NCBI GenBank assembly: GCA_025061115.1
Contig: JANZKC010000003.1
Coordinates: 129,196-193,195, forward strand
Length of the DNA stretch: 64,000 nucleotides
Direction: 5' to 3'
From: Candidatus Culexmicrobium cathedralense
Lineage (GTDB): Archaea > Thermoproteota > Methanomethylicia > Culexarchaeales > Culexmicrobiaceae
Translations under genes and position numbers: made by a program
The notes under the pieces: model-generated
Databases searched by the model: none
What the model saw: only the letters and a program-made list of their open reading frames with translations
What the model was told of the DNA's origin: nothing
Part shown: piece by piece, positions 53,826-62,378 of the stretch
How positions within the stretch are numbered: position 1 is the first letter of the stretch
Layout of the letters: the number at the start of each line of letters is the position of its first letter

Positions 53826-54189
53826 ATGGAGCGGGAAAACGTATGCTTCTGTCCCCTCTATGGTTTGCTTGATGTAATCGCTAAAGTGGTCTCTACTAAT
53901 CATTGCTATTCTCGGCAATGAGGGAGCAAAGGGATTTAATGAACTTCACAGGGAACTTAAGGGGGTAAGCGCAAAAACGCTTTCCAAAACTTTGAAGGAA
54001 CTTGAAAGACACGGGTTAATTGAGAGAAAAGTATTGAGTACTTCTCCGCCAAGAGTTGAGTATTCATTATCTAAAGATGGTTGGGAGTTAAGGTCACATC
54101 TAATTCCACTTTTAAAGTGGGTTTCTGAGAAAGGGGCAAGGGAAGCACCCTGGTGTCCAATAAAGTTAACTACAAAACATGAATTTTAA
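53826..54189 (+). pseudogene. HxlR-family winged-helix regulator, frameshifted
   Basis: ATG 53826 gives MERENVCFCPLYGLLDVIAK and stops at 53919-53921. The +1 frame continues KWSLLIIAILGNEGAKGFNELHRELKGVSAKTLSKTLKELERHGLIERK...PPRVEYSLSKDG, which is the HxlR signature. The junction is at the AAA run 53883-53885. Confidence 0.7.
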
Positions 54190-54240
54190 CCATTAACTAG
54201 CTACCAACTGTAAAAATGTTAAAAAGCATGTATAGCAAGT

Positions 54241-55059
54241 TTATCTTCCCATGTACCTTGGCTCTCTCTTCTCGAAGAAGGCTTTTATTCCTTCAGTCTT
54301 ATCCTCAGTTGCGAAGCAGTTGCTGAAGGCTTCAACCTCATAAAGTATGCCTGCTTCAAAGCTTACTTCAAAGCTCTTATTTACTAACCTCTTAACTGCA
54401 GCTAATGCTAATGGAGCATTTTTAACTATCTTTAAAGCTATTTCCTCCGCAGCTTTATCCAATTCATCAGGCTTTACGATTTTATTAATTATGCCAAGTT
54501 CCATCGCTTCTTCAGCACTTATCATGCTCCCCGTTAAAAGTAGCTCTTTAGCTTTCTTTTCTCCAATTATTTTGGGTATTCTCTGTGTTGCTCCCCATCC
54601 TGGAATTATGCCTAAAGTTACTTCTGGACTTCCAAATTTAGCATTTTCAGATGCAATTATAATGTCGCATGCTAATGCTAATTCTAATCCGCCTCCAAGT
54701 GCATAGCCATTTACTGCTGCAATAAATGGTTTCGGGGAATTCATAATTGCGTTCATTACCTTGTGCCCAAGGAGAGCTGCCTCCTTGGCTTCATGTACGC
54801 CGTACTCTGCGAACTCTTTAAGATCTGCTCCAACGCTAAACGCTTTTTCTCCACTTCCCCTAATAATTACTGCTCTAATGGAATTGCTTTTGCTTGCGTA
54901 ATTTACCGCGTCATACAGCTCTCTTAAAACTTCGGATTTCAAGACGTTTAGAGGTGGATTATTTATTATTATTTTAGCTATTTTCTTTTCAGCATCTTCC
55001 TCATAAATTATATGCATGAAATCCATTGTCATCACCTTAATACTTGTAGAATCCTTCAC
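54241..55059 (-). CDS. enoyl-CoA hydratase/isomerase (crotonase) family protein
   Basis: Crotonase-fold motifs ([31 protein letters not shown]). The likely start is ATG 55029. Confidence 0.9.
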   Translation of the reverse strand: MKDSTSIKVMTMDFMHIIYEEDAEKKIAKIIINNPPLNVLKSEVLRELYDAVNYASKSNSIRAVIIRGSGEKAFSVGADLKEFAEYGVHEAKEAALLGHKVMNAIMNSPKPFIAAVNGYALGGGLELALACDIIIASENAKFGSPEVTLGIIPGWGATQRIPKIIGEKKAKELLLTGSMISAEEAMELGIINKIVKPDELDKAAEEIALKIVKNAPLALAAVKRLVNKSFEVSFEAGILYEVEAFSNCFATEDKTEGIKAFFEKREPRYMGR

Positions 55060-55927
55060 CAGTTTTTCTTCCTAGTAAACCAGCTCTAACCATTTTCCTA
55101 AGGAGGGGACATGGCCTATACTTGGGGTCTCCAAGCTCCTTATAAAGCGTCTCCATAATTGCCAACACTATGTCCAAGCCAATGAGATCGGCCAATTCAA
55201 GTGGGCCCATTGGATGATTTAAACCCAATTTGCATGCTGCATCTATGTCCTTAGGCTTTGCAACACCCTCCATAACTAAGTAGATTGCTTCGTTTATGAA
55301 TGGTATTAAAAGCCTATTAACAATGAATCCTGGAGCTTCCTTGACTGCTACAGGCTTCTTGCCAAGTTTTTCAGCTAATTTCATTGTCGTTTCAAATGTT
55401 TCGTCTGAAGTGCGTGCGCCCCTAATTACTTCAACTAGCTTCATTACTGGAGCTGGATTGAAAAAGTGCATTCCAATTACCCTATCTGGCCTTTTTGTAG
55501 CCATAGATATCTCAGTAATGCTCAAAGATGAAGTGTTGGAAGCTAATATTGCATGTTTAGGAGCATTCTCATCAATTTCTTTGAAAACGCTCTTCTTGAC
55601 ATCTAAATTTTCAAATACTGCTTCAATTACAAAGTCTGCTTCCTTGACTGCTTCTTTAACAATAGTAGTAGTTTTTATTCTATTCAAGATTTTTTCAGCA
55701 TCCTCTCTTGAAAGCTTACCTTTATCTACTGCCCTATTAACGAATTTTTTGATTGTAGCCATGGCGCTTTGAAGAATTTCATCCTTGATATCACATAAAT
55801 ACACCTCAAAGCCGGACTGCGCAACTACCTGTGCTATTCCTCTACCCATTACTCCCGCACCAATAACTGCAATCTTTCTGATATTCTCAACTTTCAAACA
55901 TATCTCCTCCGCACAAAAATTACTCAA
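55037..55927 (-). CDS. 3-hydroxyacyl-CoA (3-hydroxybutyryl-CoA) dehydrogenase
   Basis: NAD-binding [28 protein letters not shown], and the C-terminal dimerisation domain (GFIVNR). Confidence 0.9.
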   Translation of the reverse strand: MSNFCAEEICLKVENIRKIAVIGAGVMGRGIAQVVAQSGFEVYLCDIKDEILQSAMATIKKFVNRAVDKGKLSREDAEKILNRIKTTTIVKEAVKEADFVIEAVFENLDVKKSVFKEIDENAPKHAILASNTSSLSITEISMATKRPDRVIGMHFFNPAPVMKLVEVIRGARTSDETFETTMKLAEKLGKKPVAVKEAPGFIVNRLLIPFINEAIYLVMEGVAKPKDIDAACKLGLNHPMGPLELADLIGLDIVLAIMETLYKELGDPKYRPCPLLRKMVRAGLLGRKTGEGFYKY

Positions 55928-56384
55928 TAAAACTTAAAGCTTTATTGAAGTGAGTCTTACCATTTGATGAGTATGGAAGTTAGATTCATGTGGAGGATGA
56001 TGGGTTTTCCCTGCATTATACATGATGGCGCGATGCCATTTTACGCTGAAAAGTTCGAAACGTAGAAAAGCATGATGATCTTGAAAATATTATTTTGAAT
56101 ACTTTATAAATATTTTAATTCAAATAAACTAATTTTAGATGACTTTATTAATAAAATTTTATCGTCAATTAACGTATTTATTAATCGTTTTAAGGCTCTA
56201 TTGAGATTTAACCTCAAAATGTTTTTACATTTTTGTTTTAAAGATGTGATGTTTTATTTACCACGTCACCTAAGAATTAGTTGAATTGATTGTTCAATTG
56301 TTTTACATTTATGATTAATACGCACGTATTTTAGTCGGTTAATCTATTTTTCGTCAATAATCTATTTAATCAATTATTATAATT

Positions 56385-57629
56385 TTATTGACCTCCCTCA
56401 TATATTCTGAAATATTCTTCCTTCTTTAGAGTTTCGGGAGTCATATATATTAATGGTAGTCGGATGAATAAATCTATTAATAGTGCTAGGATGAATGGTG
56501 CTTCTGGGCTAAGGTAAGTCCAAATATACCCTCCTATTGTTGCGCTGGGGATTCTTACTAAACCTGAAATAAAGCCCTTAATTCCTGACCATCTGCCTCT
56601 TTCTTCTTCGGGAACTAATTCCATTGCTATTGTCTGCCAGAGAGGTGTGGAGGAGAAAAATACTCCTCGAAGTGCCCATGAGATTATTAGGAACCATGGA
56701 TTTGGCGCTAGGATGAATATTAACTGTGAGAGATAAAATGTTGGCCTAAATGCTACCAGTAGTTTAACTCTCCCAATTTTGTCTGCTAGTCTGCCTATGG
56801 GTATTGAGCACAGCAATGAGATTGCGTTTAGCGTTGAGCTCATCAAACCTAGAATCCATGGTGTTGCGCCTTTATATTCTACTGCATATATCATAACGTA
56901 TGGCATTGTTATGCCCCATACGTATCCTCCCAATGCTTCAATGAGAATCCATCTTTGAAGCCACTTTCTTCCCTTTAATATCTTTACCATTCCTTTGAAA
57001 TCATCCCTTAAATTGAACTTCTTACCAGATCCCTTAATGTCCTTAAGAAAAACCATTGGAATTGGCGCTAAAGCTGCTAATCCCAGAAACTGTACAATGA
57101 AAAGTGGCTTTATACCTTCAGTAGAAATTCCACCAAACGTTTCCACTATAAATGCCGCTATCATTGGTGCTATTAGGCTTGATATGGTTGATATGGTTGA
57201 AGAAATGCCGAATCCGGTTGCTCTAGTAGTTCTTCTAAGTGAATTTGCTAGGTAGACCACTTCAACCACATTCACAATATTCATTGTTAAAACTGAGAAA
57301 ATTGATGCAAGAATTAAGAGCTTCCAATCCCATGCGAAAATGTAGAAGAGAGGTGTAATAACTTCTATTAGCATAGCTGTCATCAGTGATCTCTTTAAGC
57401 TTTTAACATCAGCGAAGAAGCCCACGAACGGCGATACAATTGCTGAGACTGCATCTCCAAGGCTTCTCAAATAGCCAATGCCTATTTCTTGCATTCCCAG
57501 TGATTTCATGTAAAGTGAAGTGTAGGACATGGGTAAGCTGTTAAATAGTGAAGCATATCCTCTTCTGAAGAGTAAAACGAGGTAGTTTTTACTCTGTCTA
57601 CTGAAGAATTCCTTAATTTTCGGTAGCAT
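56385..57629 (-). CDS. MFS transporter
   Basis: 414 aa with about 12 TM helices. GRLADKIGRVK loop motif. Confidence 0.8.
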   Translation of the reverse strand: MLPKIKEFFSRQSKNYLVLLFRRGYASLFNSLPMSYTSLYMKSLGMQEIGIGYLRSLGDAVSAIVSPFVGFFADVKSLKRSLMTAMLIEVITPLFYIFAWDWKLLILASIFSVLTMNIVNVVEVVYLANSLRRTTRATGFGISSTISTISSLIAPMIAAFIVETFGGISTEGIKPLFIVQFLGLAALAPIPMVFLKDIKGSGKKFNLRDDFKGMVKILKGRKWLQRWILIEALGGYVWGITMPYVMIYAVEYKGATPWILGLMSSTLNAISLLCSIPIGRLADKIGRVKLLVAFRPTFYLSQLIFILAPNPWFLIISWALRGVFFSSTPLWQTIAMELVPEEERGRWSGIKGFISGLVRIPSATIGGYIWTYLSPEAPFILALLIDLFIRLPLIYMTPETLKKEEYFRIYEGGQ

Positions 57630-57748
57630 TTACAGTGACCTTCCCATTCAACTTTTCTCTTGATCTGGATTATAGAGGGTAAGCTGAACATTGATTTAAG
57701 ATTTTTGATTAAAAATGAATTTAAATGCAGCTAATAGGATACTTGCCT

Positions 57749-58078
57749 TCACCTCACTCTTGTTCCAGGAGGAACTTCGCTTTCGATCGTAAGCCATACT
57801 GGTCTGCCTTGATAGTCAGCAGCTAAAAGCATTCCTTCAGACTTAATTCCAGCAATGACTTTCGGCTTTAAATTTGCCACCACCACGAAAAGCTTACCTT
57901 CAAAGTACTCTGGAGAATATATCTCAGCTCCGCCGGCAATTATGGTTCTAGGCTTCTCTTCTCCAACATCAACAGTCAACTTTAAAATGCGCTTTCTACC
58001 AGGGATTTTCTCAGCCTTCAAAACTCTTCCAATTCTAATATCGATCTTCATGAAATCGTCAAATGATATATAGCTCAT
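57749..58078 (-). CDS. tRNA-binding domain protein (Trbp111/CsaA / MetRS C-terminal-like)
   Basis: 109 aa. The FMKIDIRIGRVLKAEKIP...LKLTVDVGEE...VANLKPK..GIKSEGMLLAA pattern is that of the EMAP/Trbp OB fold. Confidence 0.85.
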   Translation of the reverse strand: MSYISFDDFMKIDIRIGRVLKAEKIPGRKRILKLTVDVGEEKPRTIIAGGAEIYSPEYFEGKLFVVVANLKPKVIAGIKSEGMLLAADYQGRPVWLTIESEVPPGTRVR

Positions 58079-58208
58079 ATCAGACCTCCCCTCTCAGCTT
58101 CATTGTATCAATCTAAACTTAAAGTTTATCATATCCAAAACTTTCAGCAACCTAATTTAATTTAAATGCTAACCTTTATATGGTACTTGACAATAATTAG
58201 CTGTCAAG

Positions 58209-58784
58209 ATGAGCAGCGATAATACATTACTCATGCGCCTAATAAGGAAGATAGCAAACCTAAAGGTCAGCGGACTTGCCCTCAGCAAGCTTGAACAACT
58301 TGCTTCAAAGATTGGAGTAAATGAGAAAGAAATACTTAAGCTATATGTTGAAGTTAAAAATAAGATCAATCGAGCAAAATTCTCCATCACTTCTTTCAGC
58401 GAAAGAATAATTCTTCTACCTCAATGTCTTCGCCCAAAAAATTGCCCGGCAAAGCTTGGCGAATACGGATATGAATGCGTCGAAAATTGTAATTTATGTG
58501 AAATAAATCGGGTAATTAGTTATGCAAAGAAGCTGGGTTACAAATATATCTTCATATTGCCAGGCGGAAGTATAATTGAGAGGATTTTTAGAGAATTAAA
58601 GCCTAAAGCCTGCCTAGGTATTGCTTGTCTCAAAGAGCTGGTGCTTGGCAGTTTTATCTGTGAAAAATTTAATGTTGCTTCTCAAGGAGTTCCATTAATT
58701 AAAGATGGCTGCGTGAATACCGAAGTTAGGTGGAGCGATGTCTATAAAGCCATAGCTTTAAGTGCGGGAAGTACATCTAAATAA
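58209..58784 (+). CDS. DUF116-family Cys-rich protein
   Basis: 191 aa. LLPQCLRPKNCPA..GYECVENCNLCEI resembles the conserved Cys pattern of DUF116. Confidence 0.6.
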   Translation: MSSDNTLLMRLIRKIANLKVSGLALSKLEQLASKIGVNEKEILKLYVEVKNKINRAKFSITSFSERIILLPQCLRPKNCPAKLGEYGYECVENCNLCEINRVISYAKKLGYKYIFILPGGSIIERIFRELKPKACLGIACLKELVLGSFICEKFNVASQGVPLIKDGCVNTEVRWSDVYKAIALSAGSTSK

Positions 58785-58820
58785 ATTACTTTGCAAGTTT
58801 AGCAAATGTAGTATTATCAC

Positions 58821-59104
58821 TTAAATCTGAAGCCTTTCTTTGACTTCATTTGCACTGAGGCCCTCAACCAGTAGCATTTTCTCTCTCTACTCTTAGAACC
58901 TGAAATTAAAGTTACTCTTGCCTTAAGCTTCTTCTTTAAAAGCTTTAGTAGCTCTTTATTCGCTTTTCCCCTAATTGGAGGTGACTCGAGATTTATTATA
59001 ATAAAACCGTTCTCAACGCCAATGATGCCCTGCTTTCTCGAATTAGGCTTAACTTTGACATGAATTATTACGCCTTTCCTACTTTCAGAAATACATGGTT
59101 TCAA
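58821..59104 (-). pseudogene. YggU/DUF167-family protein, 3' frameshift
   Basis: The VKVKPNS...LESPPIRGKANKELLKLL..ISGSKSRE pattern is YggU-like. After SRER the annotated frame reads KCYWLRASV... but the other frame reads KMLLVEGLSANEVKERLQI-stop (TAA 58821-58823), which is the expected family C-terminus. The junction is at a T4 run, 58877-58880 (A4 on the coding strand). Confidence 0.6.
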
Positions 59105-59170
59105 ATTTTCACCTCGAAGCTCTCATTTTAATCATTTTACTTTGAATTTTAGCTGGCACCAATAATGCTT

Positions 59171-60214
59171 TTAGCTTGCTCTCAATTTGATTTCATAATC
59201 CCTAAATAACTTGCTTAATTCGGAGACTTTATAATTTTCATTTATGATCATCTTAGCCTCTTCAATTAATTGTATTCTTTGCTCCTTGTTCAATCTTTTA
59301 AAGTAGTTTCTCCCTTCAATAAATCCTCTAAGAACTTTATGAACAAGTTCAATGCAATTAAATGTCCACGCAATATATGTATAGTTTGCCAACCTGTAAA
59401 GGGGCTTCTTAATTACATCAGCTCTATCAGCGCAATCATCAATTGATACGTTTAAAATCATGTTTACCAGCTCTTCTCTAGAGCCAAAATAGCTTGATTT
59501 ATGTATAATGCCTGACCAGAAGGGCCTTTCTGCTTGTAAGTGAAGATTTGCAACTTCCGCTTGTGGAACGAAGTAAACTTTAACATTATCCCTACTTAAT
59601 AGAAAGGCTAAGTATGTTTCTATGCCATAATTGCCTACTAAGCGTATTTCCTCAAGATTATATTTAGAGGCTATTTCAAGTGGCATTACTCTATTGCTAG
59701 CTAAATTAAATATTTCAAATGGAGATGAGTAGTTTTCTGGGATCGCATCGAAGTTCGATGTTATTCCATACTTGTGAATTTGACCGATCCTGTTTTTTGG
59801 TTCATTTCTTGGTTTCGTCGTTCTTTCGAAGACTGGCAATTGGAGAACGCAGTTATTTAATTTTTTAATTATCTTTTCAAGGCGGGATATTTTGGTTTTG
59901 GCAGCAATTTCATCATCACCTTGAATTAGCACATAATCTACATCATTGGTGCGCGTTAGATAATTTATACCTCCCCAAGTTGGATTATCACCATAGTATG
60001 TCACTGTATTTACATTCACTTCATTATAATTGTTAAACTTATTAGCTATCTTCCTTATTTTTGCAGGGTCTTTACATTTTTTACCATCAATAACAATTAA
60101 AATTTCCAAATTGCACGCATAATCATCTTGATTCAAGTAGGATTGCAAAGTATAGCTAATAGATTTTTCTCGATAGCATCCACCCTTAGTTGGCATTATA
60201 ATTGCAAGCTTCAT
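59171..60214 (-). CDS. glycosyltransferase-like protein (GT-A/GT2-like N-terminus)
   Basis: 347 aa. N-terminal MKLAIIMPTKGG..SISYTLQSYLNQ...LEILIVIDG and a DD-containing segment (IQGDDEI). Family assignment is tentative. Confidence 0.55.
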   Translation of the reverse strand: MKLAIIMPTKGGCYREKSISYTLQSYLNQDDYACNLEILIVIDGKKCKDPAKIRKIANKFNNYNEVNVNTVTYYGDNPTWGGINYLTRTNDVDYVLIQGDDEIAAKTKISRLEKIIKKLNNCVLQLPVFERTTKPRNEPKNRIGQIHKYGITSNFDAIPENYSSPFEIFNLASNRVMPLEIASKYNLEEIRLVGNYGIETYLAFLLSRDNVKVYFVPQAEVANLHLQAERPFWSGIIHKSSYFGSREELVNMILNVSIDDCADRADVIKKPLYRLANYTYIAWTFNCIELVHKVLRGFIEGRNYFKRLNKEQRIQLIEEAKMIINENYKVSELSKLFRDYEIKLRAS

Positions 60215-60462
60215 AACATCCCCAACAAAACTTGATCCAAAGTAAATTCTCCAGCTAAAATCGTAATATTATGGGGGACTTTATATTAAAATACCTTTAG
60301 CTTACATTTTAATGAATAATCTCCTTCAATCTTAACCTTTAACATTGGATTTTCAACTTCTACAAAAATTATTTCATAGGAGTATGAAATCCGAAAAATA
60401 TTAATTCAATTATTTATAAAATAAAATTTATAAGTTCAAAATTTAATATTATTGATGATGAG

Positions 60463-60690
60463 GTGGAAGTACTGGAAGATAGATCTTGCAATAATATTTT
60501 TCTATTATTGACCATTGTTGATTTTGGCATGGCATTTGCTTGGGCTAGAATGTCCTTTCCCTCCCAATTAATTTGCATACTATTTCCATTCTTCTTTCCA
60601 GGATCATTTGTATGGGCAATAGCGCTGTTCATATACAGGATACATCTTATGGAAAAGGAGCGGCAAATGACTAATTTAATTGAGAATTAA
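60463..60690 (+). other. diverged partial duplicate of the 3' end of the TauE-like gene (62379..63263)
   Basis: nt 60663-60685 (GCAAATGACTAATTTAATTGAGA) match nt 63236-63258 at 22 of 23 positions, at the end of both ORFs. The upstream codons are also similar (WAIALFIYRIHL versus LAILYIYVGLRL). Confidence 0.55.
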
Positions 60691-60839
60691 AATCATTTTA
60701 CAATCTTAAATTACATATTATATAATTTTCTCAAGTTATTTAATGAATCTCAATAACTTAATGATTATTTGTAATATTAATTAAAGACAAAGCTCATTTA
60801 AATCACCTAAATCCATGTGGCAATTTTACATAATTAATG

Positions 60840-61183
60840 TCATTTTTCAAATGGAAAGATGATAATTGATTTAGCAGCGATTTCATCGTCACCCTGGATT
60901 AATAGGTAATCAGCATCTCTTTTTTGAGATGAAATATTCCTCCCCAAGTTGGATTGTACCCACAATACGTTATCGTATTTACCTCTAAGCTACTTTGAAC
61001 ATTAAATTTGTCAGCTATGTGTTCAATTCGCTTTATATCCTTACAGTTTCTGCCGTCAATGGCTATGAGAATTTCCAGCACAAAGTGATGTTTATATTGG
61101 TTTACACATGATTGTAAAACGTAGTTTAGCGATAGCTCCCTACAGTATCCTCCCTTTGTGGGCATTACAACTTCCAGTTTCAT
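60840..61183 (-). pseudogene. truncated, frameshifted duplicate of the glycosyltransferase gene 59171..60214
   Basis: MKLEVVMPTKGGYCRELSLNYVLQSCVNQ...TWGG parallels the first ~85 aa of the full copy. After a T6 run (60920-60925) the homologous sequence DADYLLIQGDDEIAAK continues in another frame and ends at TGA 60840-60842. Confidence 0.7.
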
Positions 61184-61213
61184 AAGAGGCTCATGATTTT
61201 TGTGTAAAAGTTT

Positions 61214-61348
61214 ACATTCTTTTAGGCGACGAGCTCCATTCAGAGCTCTAGTTGCAAAGGCGATGCAAGTTAATTCTCCGCATTCACCGCAATTTTTCTT
61301 AGGAAGATAATTATACGGCTTTGGAGCTGAAAGTTTAACTCTTACGTC
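61214..61348 (-). other. orphan coding segment for an RnfB/CdhE-type N-terminal Fe-S domain, without a start codon
   Basis: The frame is open from 61348 and reads DVRVKLSAPKPYNYLPKKNCGECGELTCIAFATRALNGARRLKEC (LPxxNCGxCGxxxCxxFA pattern). It runs in-frame into the Met of the truncated glycosyltransferase copy. No ATG, GTG or TTG in the segment. Confidence 0.45.
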
Positions 61349-61522
61349 TTAATTCTTTATCACTAGGCAGTTGATTGGGCGTTCTTTTCCTAACTTCACT
61401 TATTAATTCACGCAATAGTCTTAAGACTAATTCAGCTTCATCTGAATCTTTAGCACAAAAACAACTTCACCTGAACCATAAATTTCAATAATTCTGCCAA
61501 GAAATTTCAATGTCAGGCGATT

Positions 61523-61798
61523 CTAGGCAGGTAAATATTTTACGTTTAGTGGTGGAAGCATCATAGCTAGAGCTTTAACTTCCTCCTTCAAACCTTTAGG
61601 GTCTATTGCCTCAATCTCGCATCTATCAAGACGTTTAATGCATCCTCCTTTAACAATCTTTATTATGAATTCATCAGTAACATGGATTTCAAGTATCTGT
61701 GTTGAATATTGAGAATTTTTATCATAAAGTTTTCTTTTTGAAGAGTAGACCTCCTCTGTAATACTTCGTAGCTGGGCATCCAAGACACTTCTCTTCAA
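61523..61798 (-). CDS. hypothetical ORF (possibly a fragment of a decayed larger gene)
   Basis: 91-aa ORF overlapping the 3' end of the Lrp-like gene in another frame. It ends at TAG 61523-61525, and the frame stays open for about 25 more codons beyond it. Confidence 0.25.
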   Translation of the reverse strand: MKRSVLDAQLRSITEEVYSSKRKLYDKNSQYSTQILEIHVTDEFIIKIVKGGCIKRLDRCEIEAIDPKGLKEEVKALAMMLPPLNVKYLPA

Positions 61799-62315
61799 TA
61801 TACCTTACACATGATGAACAATTCACATTGCATGGTGCTTTTTTCAAATTTCTGCCAGCTAAAAACACTCTTATTGGAAGATAAGGCGAATACTCAACCT
61901 CTCCGACAGGATAATAGTTTATCCTCCTAACACCGGGAATCTTCCTGATCGAGCACTCCTCCGTAGATATTGACTCAAGAGTTTTCATATCTTCAGCTAT
62001 CATTAAAGCAACCAAATTGAACTCACCAATAATAGTGAAAAATCTCACTATTCTTGGACATTCAGCAAATCTATGCAAAATTCTTCGAATAACATCACCA
62101 CTTTCAGCCTCGATAAAAATAATGACTGGAATGCATTGAAACTTATCAACATTTACAAGAGCTGAGACTTTTACGAGTTTTTGTTTAAGAAGCTTGTCAA
62201 GCCTCTTTTTCACTCCCATACTAGTATATCCAATTTTTTCTGCCATTTCCTTCAAGGTTGCTCTTCCATCAGCCTGGAGCATACTAATGATTTCCCGGTC
62301 AATAAAGTCGATCAT
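61722..62315 (-). CDS. Lrp/AsnC-family regulator with Cys-rich C-terminal extension
   Basis: ATG 62315 gives MIDFIDREIISMLQADGRATLKEMAEKIGYTSMGVKKRLDKL (HTH_AsnC), followed by a RAM-like domain and then APCNVNCSSCVRYIEEKCLGCP. Confidence 0.75.
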   Translation of the reverse strand: MIDFIDREIISMLQADGRATLKEMAEKIGYTSMGVKKRLDKLLKQKLVKVSALVNVDKFQCIPVIIFIEAESGDVIRRILHRFAECPRIVRFFTIIGEFNLVALMIAEDMKTLESISTEECSIRKIPGVRRINYYPVGEVEYSPYLPIRVFLAGRNLKKAPCNVNCSSCVRYIEEKCLGCPATKYYRGGLLFKKKTL

Positions 62316-62378
62316 CAGTTTATAAAATAAACAAAAATAATTTATAAAAGTTTTGAAAATAGCCTGCAGGGTGATTAT

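Noticed and set aside
55964-56055. Several UGAUGA/AUGAUGG-like words and one CUGA on the plus strand upstream of the hbd gene. Considered as a C/D sRNA.
   Set aside because: The spacings do not fit: 17 nt between the box-like elements, D'/D positions occupied by GAUU/UUAU, and no terminal stem.
55928-56384. Long AT-rich spacer considered as a replication origin.
   Set aside because: There is no adjacent orc1/cdc6 gene, and no ORB or mini-ORB-like repeats (TTCCA..GGAAAC type) flank an unwinding element.
497-58390. Numerous 60-200-codon ORFs in the track that lie antisense to or overlap long, well-supported genes. Examples are 497..682, 1548..1829, 10411..11097, 13972..14592, 20541..21002, 53016..53444 and 55296..55772.
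   Set aside because: They are shadow ORFs. They have low-complexity Ser/Leu/Pro-rich translations, no motifs and no ribosome-binding sites, and each is fully contained in a gene with clear family signatures on the other strand.
61523-61525. In-frame TAG (and TGA at 50713-50715) considered as pyrrolysine or selenocysteine recoding.
   Set aside because: The host ORFs are not methylamine methyltransferase or known selenoprotein families. No pyl or sel genes or SECIS-like hairpins were seen, and both loci show additional signs of decay.
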